Positions 10,698 through 22,100 of a stretch of 64,000 bases of DNA are shown in pieces. The stretch's first letter is position 1, and each line of letters begins with the position of its first letter. The notes beneath the pieces are model-generated. The model was given only the letters and a program-made list of their open reading frames with translations, searched no databases and was not told the DNA's origin. The position numbers and the translations under genes were made by a program. The DNA comes from Callorhinchus milii (Eukaryota), in contig NW_024704742.1 in the NCBI RefSeq assembly GCF_018977255.1, positions 123,506,001 to 123,570,000 of the forward strand, written 5' to 3'.

Positions 10698-13062
10698 TTT
10701 GATTGAATATTTCTTGATTGAAGGCCACACCAGAAATATCGTTACTCATTAGCTACTGGAAACAAAATATTGATGTAAGGCAGACTAGTGTAATGCGAAT
10801 GTTCGGCGAACAGCTTCTTGATGCACCTGTGGGCTTCGTTTTTTCGGTGCTAATTTCATTTTTCGGGATTTATTTTCAGCAATTTTACAGTTCTATGTAC
10901 GTGCCCGAAAATCAGGGGGTTTCGGGTTTTTTTTGCTTACCGTAAAGAGAAAATTCAGGCGCACACGGGGAGAGGGGTACCCTTGCGCGCATTCAGTGTC
11001 TCACTCCTCTCACACTTCACCAGACATGCCTGCGCACACGAAGGAGGTGAGGCAGAGAGCGAGAGTAAGGCACAGTTGTCAAGCCGGGGCCCTGGGAATG
11101 AGCGAGAGAGCAAACCTCACTTAGCACAGAAAACTATCCTTGGTGTTTTTCCAGGGTTTAGCGGATAAACACTAATTTCCTGTTTTTTGTATCAGGGCGT
11201 TTTATCAGTTAAAACTGAAAATCAGAAGCCGTAGTTATACCCTACTTAACTCCAAAATTGTCTACTTTTGTTAAGGCAAGAAAACCTCAGCCCACAATAC
11301 GGAGACAGCTCCTGTTAAAGTCACCAATGATATTATCTCCAACAACAACAAAATTAAATTTATAGAGGGCCTTTCACGTCGTGAGGACGTCCCATTAGTC
11401 ACTGGGGTTTTCTCGCACTTGTTCGTTTTTGATCTCATTGCCGCCTTTGACATTCTTGATCGTGCTGTCATTCTTCACTGACTCTCACCCTCCCTATCCT
11501 TGATCAAAGCCCGTCTCAAGAGCTTCTTGTTTGACTTGCCTTCCGTCACCTTTCCCCTCCTCATCCCATCAGTTCGGATGCCAAGTCAGGCTCTTTGGGA
11601 TATCCAGTCGAAATGAAAGGCGCTATATAAATGTAAATTTGTATTATCATTGAAAATGTCTAACAGACGTTGCTGAGAGTTGGGTATTGTACTTAATAAT
11701 AATTTGATTCAGTGTCTTAACATGTCATTGAGATGTCTTAAAGTGCTTCACGGGATATATTGCAAATGTGTTTTAACACAATTTGTCTACCATCCTGCTC
11801 AGTACAGTGCAAGAATGTGGCAGAGGAAAATAATTGGCCACATCACCTGCGTTCTTCCTTGACTCGTGCTCTCACCTCTCTACCTCAGACGTTTTACAGC
11901 TAAATTATTATGCTCGCCCTACACGCTATCTACATGCTCCTCCCTGCCACTGGTAGTTGAGCCTCTATGACTCACTCCCCGTAACGCCCTTCAACTCATC
12001 CACCTCTCCGCGTCTCTTATCGGTCTTCAAAAGCCACCTTCATCTATCTTTTCAACCATGTCTATGGTCACCCCCACCTCCCCCCAATCCTCCTTGCTCA
12101 GTGTCTTGTACTGAGATGTTGCTCTTTATGAAGGATACTATATAAATGCAAGTTAGTTGTTGTCGTATTTTGCTACATTCTATAAACAACTAAACTGGCA
12201 GCATTGTGAAAACATCAGATAGTGGCTCAGATGGTTCACAGTACAATTCAGAGTCTTTCTGATGAGCTCTTTAGAATGATTTATAGAACGTGCCAATGCT
12301 GGGTTTGAGGACTCGCCTGCTTATTTTTGACAAGATACTCTCAGTAATATTTGAAGGACGGGTCTGGTCCAGGATTAGACTCTACTGTAATGCCCCCACT
12401 CCTGATCAATTTGTCTACCATCCTAAACAGTACATACAACAATTATATTATTATTATTATACAACAATCGCTACATGTCTGAGGTATCAGAAGGCCACCA
12501 GCACTCATTGACAACTTGGGACTTCTAACAAAAAAAATTCTGAGCCCATAATAGTTCTCGCTCATTATAGCTGATACGAGCATATTACTACAACAGCAGC
12601 AGCAACAAATTACATTTGTATAGTGCCTTTCACATCAGGAGGACGTTCCAAGGCGCTGATAGATTGAACCTGGGAGGTTGTTGCTCATGGTCACATGCTG
12701 CAAAATACCACAATGCCAATTCCCCATATGGTTGGGGATTAACCTTTAAAGTGAGCCTGAAAGATGGTCCCGATTGGAAACAGACTTATCTCACACACTA
12801 ACTTTAGAACAATAGGTGGTCAGTTTCTCAAAATCTGCAGTATTTTGGTCAGAATCCAAATGCTGTTTGCGTTTCGGATTTTTTTTTCCCCTTTTTTTCG
12901 GTATTTTGTTATTGCTTAAAAATATTCTCATTGACTATATTGCATTTTTGTGCTTTATGCAGATTTCTGTCAAGGAAACACAGGACTTCATTTAGACTGC
13001 TCAAAGAATAGCATTGGAAGCCAGAAAGAAAAATCCTAATTTTTTTAATAGAAACATCAAAC

Positions 13063-13139
13063 ATGGAGGATGACATGCGGTCTTTGCTGACTTCTGAAGA
13101 AAACCACAAAACTGAGAACCTAGGATTCAATTCAAGAAA
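13063..13139 (+). CDS. SLC38A9: SLC38A9 coding exon 1 (MEDDMRSLL...FNSR); the exon starts at 12963 with 5' UTR
   Basis: Acceptor tgcAG at 12961-62, ATG at 13063 in context aacATGG, donor GTAAGA at 13140; phase 2 matches the next exon. Confidence 0.85.
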
Positions 13140-16100
13140 GTAAGATTTTAAGGAACTGTTTGTTGCTTAATAATTTATTTTTAATATAGAAAAACACTGT
13201 AGAACGTTTGACTCGATCAGGGGTTATCTAACATTGTTCACATTCTGATAAATAGAAGACTACCAAATCAACAGCTTCAATTGGTTAGGTTTTATATTTT
13301 TGCAGTTATCTTTAATGTTACTTTTTCCAGTTTGCCTTCATTGACATGAGTGACATTAAATCAAAATGAGCTTGTTCAAACTGTTGAGTTTGTTGCACCA
13401 ATCATCAAAGGATCACAATTATATAGTATAAATATATTTGAATGGAATTGTTCTAGTTTTGAGGGCAAGGAGGTGATCCCCAGCTTCAAGGGATGAAGTT
13501 GCAATCCTTTTCTTCCCTCTCTTTAACCCTTTATGATAAATGATTGATTGAAGCTATTGTCAGTATTGTTGGACAAGCAGCCAATTGGAAACAGTGGTCA
13601 GGTCTGGAAAAAGTCAGATTCATCTTTTAACACTGGAGGATACCAAATTTCTGCCCAAGCATTGTTAGTATTCATTGCATCAACCAAAGTACGCTGTGCT
13701 GAAATGAGCACATATGTGGGGAATACTCTTATAATAATAAATATAAATAATAATAATAATCCTTGCATTTAATATAGCGCTTTTTCCATCCTAACGTCTC
13801 AAAGCGCTTCACAGAATAGACTGTAAAGTGAATTGACTGTATATTTGTGGATGAAATGCGGCAGCCAATTGCGCACAGCAGTGTCCCACAAACAGTCGTG
13901 GATTGAAGTGAACAATTTATTATTGTTTTTTATCTTGATGGATTATTATCCGGCGTGTGGAGTCTTATTGGTTGTGGTAGTTATCTTATTTCTTCCAACA
14001 GAATTCTAATATTACATTTTCTTTATAGACCTTTCCACGTGCCACCCAGAGATCTCCATGGGGCCACAGACCCCCAAGAGAGGGTGACCCCCAAAGCATC
14101 AGCAATGAACAGCCGCATTCAGTACTACAACAGGCTGACCTCCACAGACCAGACCTTGGTAGGGAAGCCATTGCTGAAACTTTTTTGTTTCCTTTTGCTA
14201 GGGTAGATGTTTCAATTGGTAATTCAGTTCAGCTCATTGGGACGTGAAAGGTACGATACAAATGTAATTTGTTGTTGTTGTTGGTAATGGGAGCCCACTG
14301 GTACACCAAATAGACATTTCTCATGTGTCTACAGGCTATCAGACTGGAGAGGGAATATTGCAACCTGCATCTGCCTTAACGCATCTATTCAATCCATACC
14401 CTTAATAATCAAGGGCTTAAACTGTGACTGACCACTTCTGTGCAGATTATTCTTGCTTTCCCTAAAATTAATTAACATTTATGAAGCTTCTTTCATCTCA
14501 GGAGGAAGTCTCAAAGCCCTTGACGCAATGACTGAGCCAGGTGGGGGAGGGTTGAGAGTGAGATGGTTGGTTGAAGAGATGGGGTTTGAAGAGAGAGAAA
14601 GGACGAAGAGGAAGGAGTTGGAGGGATGGAGTTCCAGAAAGTGAGGGACAGAATAGTTGAAGGATCGCTCAACAATAGCAAAGAGAATGAGGGACATGGA
14701 GCCTCAATGATAATCAGTGATAATCATACAATAGTTCCAAGGCGCTGGACAGTCAGGGATCCGTACCGGAGCTGGTGGTTGGGATCTGGAGGGCGGGGAG
14801 GTTGACTGAAGGCATGGTCAAAGAGGAGGGTCTTCACATGGGTCTTGAAGGAGGCAAGGGAGGGGACAAGGCTGAAGGACGGAGAGACTGAAGGCCTGCC
14901 TGCCAGGGCTGGGGAAGGCGGGGGACGCGAGTCGAGGGTGGAGGCAACAAAGTAGAGTTGGGTGTCATCCACATGACACATGAATGTGGAGATTGTGGTA
15001 TTATCTTTCCATATAGTAATACTGTAGTTCATACAATAATGCCTTGTTTGGTACAATTAACATGAAATGTTAGAGAAAGAAGACAAGAAATTATTTTAAA
15101 ATAAATTGGATCATTTCAGTGTGTTAGTTTAGTAAACTTTCTGGGTTAAAACTTTCTAAGACATGTGCATGTTCGTGCTCAGTGAATGGGTTCATTGTCC
15201 AGGTGTTAATGCATTTTCATGTCTCTAAATTTTGTGTTCTTTACAACATTCCTAGAAGTGAGGTGTAACCAGACAATACTTAATGTATAGCTAATTAAAA
15301 AATTCAAGTGGTGTGAACTTAAATTATTTTATAGGGCAGTATCATAGAAATTTGAGTACAGAGATTAAAAGTGTATTTTTTTNAAACTGTAGATGCCACC
15401 CAAACATGTAATTCCACCTTCCGAGGAAATCTATGTTTACAGTCCACTTGGAAGAGCAATGCAGCTTGAAAGCAGTCTCGATGGCGTTGGAACAAATTCC
15501 AGCATGGTTACTATGTACGTGTGCATTTTGAATCTTCTGCATATATTTCGGAATTGCACTTTGCATCCACTTTGTAATATTTGTACTGACCCGAGGGCAT
15601 TAATCAAATTATTCCTTTGTAGATTTGCTATTTGGAATACAATGATGGGGACATCCATATTAAGTATTCCGTGGGCAATGAAGCAGGTAATTAATTTTTT
15701 TTGCATTGTAACACCTAAGTAGGTTTAACCCGCATTTATATTTGTAATCATTAGCGGTCCTAAGAGTTTACTATTTTTATTAGTTGTTGCATTGGAACCT
15801 TGCATTTCTTGAACATTCTTTTTCTTTTCCTAAACTAGGCAGGATTTACCTTGGGAATAATCTTAATCATTCTAATGGGCCTCCTGTTGCTGTACTGTTG
15901 TTATCGAGTGGTGAAATCTCGGAACACCATAAGTATGTACTTTAATTTTGCAATTGTTAGATATTCTGACTAGAACTGAATGCTTCCAGTGGGGGTGGGG
16001 ACTAAACTTGTGCAGATTTTCATTACTTGCTTTCATTAGAACTATTTTGCTTGGCACGTTTGATATTTAGCTGTATTTATGAAACTGGGGTTCAAACTAA

Positions 16101-19100
16101 TCTAATATTTCTGAAATAAGTATTTTGGCGTCTTAAAGTAATTTGGTACTTAAATTATTTCAAAGGACCCAATATTAAGAAACTAGTGTTAAATGTGGTT
16201 GAATTTAAGCACTGAATGTTCCTAAAATAGATTTTGTTAAAAATAGTGGAATCGTATGTATGCTTTCAATTTGCCCACTGAAAACTATTTCAGAAGTGGC
16301 CAAGCTTTTCAGTTGCAATTTTCTTTGTATGAAATAGTAGAATATAAAAATGCATTGTCCAAGAATGGAAGGATTTTTAAGCCTCATTTAAAATGAGCTT
16401 TTTTTAAAATATCTTCATTTCTATATAGTTTCCTCCCTGCCTGCAACTTTCCTTCGGGCAAAGAGGAATCTTTTGAATGTGAAACTGACACACTCTGCAG
16501 ATTTAACAGTGTTTGCTCCCTGCTGAACTTAATATGATTCAGTGATTGTGGAGCACCTTGGTACAATATATTTTTGACCCTATGATGCTTCCGGATTATT
16601 TGTATTTATTGTTGAAACTAACCAAAACAGAGTTTCCGTCATTCTTGGTATACTAACCCAGCAAGAGTTGGCAGGAAACTTTGTGGTGAATATTGTAGTT
16701 ACAAACCACAATTATTAATCCATGGAGATATGTTGCTTTATCTCAGTTCCTGTCAATGTTGGTTTAGTCATTGTGTCTTTAAAATTGAATTATTAAAACA
16801 CTTTGTTTGTGGAGCCCTTACTTTGTTCTGCTGTAGTTTTCTGATGTACATTTTTTTGTTTATCTGCCTTAAGATTTTGTAGATACATCTAGCTGGGAAT
16901 TCATTGATGTCTGCAAATACTATTTTGGCTCATTTGGTCAGTGGTCCAGTCTCCTTTTCTCCATGATTTCTCTGATCGGAGCAATGGTTGTGTATTGGGT
17001 CCTAATGTCGAATTTCCTTTTCAACACCGGCAAATTTCTGTATAGTAAGTACAGTATCAAAATTAAGCAACATTTTCTACAAGCGGTAAAGCTTTATCCA
17101 TCTATATGTCAGCATTTTCCACTTACCAAATCCTACCATTCACTTGGATACAAAATATGAATATAATCAAATCCTTATCTGAATTCATTTGATCTATACA
17201 ATCAAATGTAAAATCTTTGACTGTTTTTCCAATTGTTGTGGCTAACGTTTTAGGATTAGTAAAGATTAACAAAATAAACACTGGATTTCATTTAATTTTA
17301 AAATGCATATGAAAATGCCAACCACAATGTTTAAAATCTTTCTAGTAACTTGCATCTGCCGTGACTCTTAAGATCAATGCTTCAAAAATGTCTTTGAAGG
17401 CTGAATTAGTGAGGCAGAAATTGAAGGTGTTCCTAATCTTTGTGTTGGCATTTTAGGTTTGCCTGAAGTGACTTTTCCTTTTATTTTGCAGATTACATTC
17501 ATAATATCACAGAAATTAACCATGTTTTAAGCACAAATGGAAGTTTGAAAGGTATGTTTTATTTTAAAATAGCCTACAGAGTAAAGCAACATAAATTTGC
17601 ATTTGTATTGCTGTTTCTTTATGCGAGATAGTGTCTTTGGGTGCTGAACAGTGACGTAGTTTGATGCTGAGCCAGGGAGAAAAGGAAGGCAGCAGGGGAA
17701 GTCAAAGATTAAAGTCTTCCAATGCGATCTGAAGACTGGCAAAGAAGAGGAAAAGGCAGAGAGATTATGGCAAGGGATTCTGGAGGTAAAGGGTTTAACA
17801 ATAGCAGAGCTCCTGCCATGAAATGGAACACAGTGTCCATTTGTTTGTTTTTGTCTCATGGTGGAAAATTTCTAGTTGAGTGCCAGCTTCTTAATTTTCT
17901 GTGTTGTGCAAGTTTGAAGAATATATAATGCAGTTTAAAAAGAAATGGATGGTGAAGCTTTTGCAATGCCCAGTTGTACTGTAATACCTATGGTTTGAAC
18001 ATGTTTGGCCTAAAAGTTGATTAGACATTTTGCCCAGAACTTTTTTTTTAAACTGGTGGAGAAAGCAAAGTAAAAACTTGCTGTTGTTTTGCAGATAAAA
18101 TCTCCACTTCAGTCCAGTATTACATCATACAGATCAGTGTTTTAAAGACTCTTTGTTTGAGTTAGCAAACTGCAGATGGAGGGAGGGGGGTGGTGGGGGG
18201 AAGAGAAATAGTGGAAAATTCAGCCAAGCTTCCAGTTCCAATTCCATATTATCATACAATACAAAGCATATTTGCATAGTACCTTTCACATTGGGAAAAT
18301 GTCTCAAAGCACATTCAGGGACATAATTTTTAGCCATTGCCGGGACATCTTCTGACGTGTTAACTTTGGACACGATCAATTGTGATGCCTTCGTTTTTCT
18401 TTCTCCCCTCACCACCCCCCAAAAAAACTACATGTTTACATTGTCTGTTGACACTGTTTTTATGTTTTGTATCTCAACAGCCCCCCCTCCCCCCATGTTG
18501 CCAGCCTTTTTTAAAGAGGTAATTTCTAGCATTAGTGAAGTGGAATCTGGACTGGTAGAACATGAGGTACTTTAAGAATGAGATAAAGAGATGGTAACAT
18601 TACAATATCACATGTGTTTATTATTATTAATTTTAATGTGTAATTCAAATAAGGAGACATAATGTTTTTATTAAGCGGGAACGCCACAGTGGATTATTAA
18701 GCAATCTTAGTCCCTTGACATATGGTGCACATCAACCACTTCATGGCAGGAAAGCTTAACTGAATTACAGCATGTAGATTGTTTCTGTCCATTATAAAAA
18801 TGCTGGTTGGAGTATTTTCTGAGCTTGTATTTATGTGTATTTAGTTTTATTGTTTTCATTTTGTGTATTAATACAATTGGAGTCCTGTAGCTCAGTGGTT
18901 AGAGCACTCGCCTCGCAAGTGAGAGACCTGGGTTCGATTCCTGGCAGGGCGAAACATTGGACAAGTATCCTTACTCCACACACCTCTGTTTACCTAGCAG
19001 TAAATAGGAACCCAGTTGTAAGTTGATTGGCGGATCGCTTTTCTGGGGGTAATAATTTCTTAAAAAAATAATAATAAATTGGTCACTCAATCCATGATTG

Positions 19101-22100
19101 TTTGTGGGATACTGTTGTACGTAGTTAGCTGCCGGGTTTCACTCATAAAATATACAGTCAATTCACTTTACAATATATCCTGTGAAACGCTTTCAGATGT
19201 CTACAAGATGGGATAAGGCGCTATATCAAATGCAAGGATTATTATTTTTATTGGATTTAAATGTTAAAGGACATTTTTATTTTGTTCCAGTTATTTGTCC
19301 AAACCCACCAGGGGTTCACTTGAAGAACCACACTCACATATCCTTCCTTACGGGCAATGATACCAGCCTGCACACGTTTCAGGAGTGGTGGAACAAGACC
19401 AACACTGTCCCCCTTTATCTGATCGTCCCTTTGTTGTCTCTCCTCAACTTCAAGTCTGCTTCCTTCTTTGCACGGTTCAACAACCTAGGTGAGCTTAAAT
19501 TAATCTGAGAAAAAGAAAATAAACAAGCGAACCAATGCGAGAAACACCAAAGTAATGTGAAATCCAGATAGATTGAAAACGTGATCTAGCTGATCAGAAC
19601 TCCACAGCATGAATCCTTAATCAATTCTTCTAGGAGGAGGTAAGTAGGGTCTCCTTGGAGCTTAGCTGCCTCCACCATGATGTGCTTGGCAATAAAATGT
19701 TAGAATTAATTAAATCAATGCTTAAGAGTATCAAACCAGACGAGTTCCACATATGTACACCACATACACATGGAAACTTCCCTACCTGGAAAGGAATGAC
19801 CATGCCCTGCCTGAAGGTATGCACCCTGCTTACCTAATCCCAGAGAGTATTAGGTGACCCTCGCGTATGCTATTGGGGTATTGCTGGAGTTTAACCAGCT
19901 AAAATGAAGCTCATTTGAATCATGCTGATGGAATTCTCCATTTGTTAGACATATGACCGTATTGATCAAGAAAAAAAATCCCTGATCCTTTTCGATTTGA
20001 ATTGAAATTATAGCATAGGAGTGAATGGTTATAGAGATAGTGTGGGGCAGTGGGATTGAATGACAGCTTGCTCTGAGAGAGTGCTGTCTTATGTACCGAA
20101 TGGCTGCCTCCTGCGTAATAAACTAATTCTACGAGTAGGCATTTCAGATATTGAACTTATTGGAATGCTAGCTCCTCTAGCTAAACCTAATAACTTTAAT
20201 TTGGGATTTTTTTGTTGCATAAACTTTGCCTGAGAGATACTTCACTGAAGTCTCATTGCAGACAAGTTTGAGTGGTGATGGTTTTATTTGTATGGTGTTT
20301 ATTGATTGTATTCTGATTTTACAGGTACTATTTCAGTCATTTACTTGATTGTACTGGTAACCCTGAAGGCAGTGCGGTCAGGTTTTCACTTGGAATTCCA
20401 CTGGTTTGAATCTGTGAACAATTTTGTAGCGGGTAAGCTTCACAGCCATTCTATGTTGTATTTTCACATAATTGCTTTATTTGGTGTGGATTAAACTGAA
20501 CTACAGAGTGTTCGAAGTGCATTCAGAAAATGTAAATTGGATACACAATGATACAAAGCTTTACGGAATCTATTATATTTATCTTAAAATGCAAAATCCG
20601 TAGCGCAGAACAACTCAAAAATAAATGTCCTGTATAAACTGCAGAGCATATAATGCATGTGTTCAAACCTACTATATTTAAAATTGTGTTTATCCCACTG
20701 AGTTTGAAATGGCACAGACTAGGTCAGTTGTACACTAGCTGTAAATACTGATTGTCTCAAGTCCAATCCTGCGCATACACGGGTTTCTAAGGCTGGCTAG
20801 TTTCTGGAGCAGAAAAAGTCCAGTGCAACAGGGTTTGATATTCTTTAAGTTGGCTAGAGGGTCGTTCATTCTACATCTGACTGAGATGAAACTTTCTATT
20901 TTCCACCTAACCTAATAGCTAACATTATCAGAGTTATCGACTAACTAGTTGTTAATGTCTCTGGAGTTCTACAATTTGAGATCTTGATATGATGACAAAT
21001 TGTATCCATATAAAATAGGAGGGGGAATGAGAGGGAAGAAGAAATCTCCCCTTAATTCGATGAGCTAATGCCAAGAATTGCTTATAAACAATTTAATTGG
21101 TGATGTGGAGGAATTGTGACCCAGAGGATATAATTAGAGGTTAAAGAAATAAGCTAAAAGTAATGACAAGGTAACTGCTCAACTTATCAGCAAAATGAAT
21201 GTGGACATGGTTAAAACAAATGGTCTTTAATTTTTCTAAAAAAAATAAGCAAAGCTCACATTCAGCAGCAAGTTGAGGGGTATGAAACTGCATTGAAAAA
21301 TATGGATTCAATTAAAATAATGGGAATTTAGAATGGACCAAACTGACTCAACAGTGAATTGAGGCGTGAACTCATGGTGGAATGGCTGTTTTTTAACTGC
21401 TTGTGTGAAAAGGACTCCTAAATAGTTCAGCTTTATTTGGTGATTCCAACAGCCAATGTTAAGAATTGCTAGTCAACATCCTAGAACTTTTTTTCCTCTT
21501 AAATGTCTTACTTGATATACATTTCGTACTCGCGTTTCTGGAGTGTTTTAGCCTTCTTTTTGCTTGTAATAATGGGTTACATTTCCATTGTTATCCTGCT
21601 CTCTTTGCCCACAAGGTCATTGTTTACTTGTGAACTTTTACATGCAAGGGCTAGAGGGAAGGAGTTTACAGGATGAAATGAAGTGAATATTATGTAAGTG
21701 AACTCGGTAGCTAATTGCACTGGAAATACCAATTTAGGTGAGGAAATAATTACAATTTTTAAAATTGATTTACAAGTTGCACATTAAATGAAGAACAGAG
21801 TTCAGAGAACTCTTCTGGTACATGAAATCTCAGTGGCTGCTAGTGATGGAACTAAGAAATTGAGAATCAGAGTAGAATGGCCAAGCATCCTCTGCCATTT
21901 TATTAGAACGTGGCAGATCTTTCAATCGTGCTTTTTCTCTGCCAGTAATTGTTTTTTCTTTCCTTTTTTTTTTGCCAGAGTTCAGGTTATCCTTTCCACA
22001 GCTCACCGGAGTGCTCACTCTGGCTTTCTTCTTCCACAACTCAGTCATCACACTACTGAAAAACAACCAAGATCAGAAGAATAATGTAAGTTACACCGCT

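Noticed and set aside
15383..15383. Ambiguous base n upstream of coding exon 3
   Set aside because: Sequencing uncertainty at a homopolymer boundary; it does not affect the CDS
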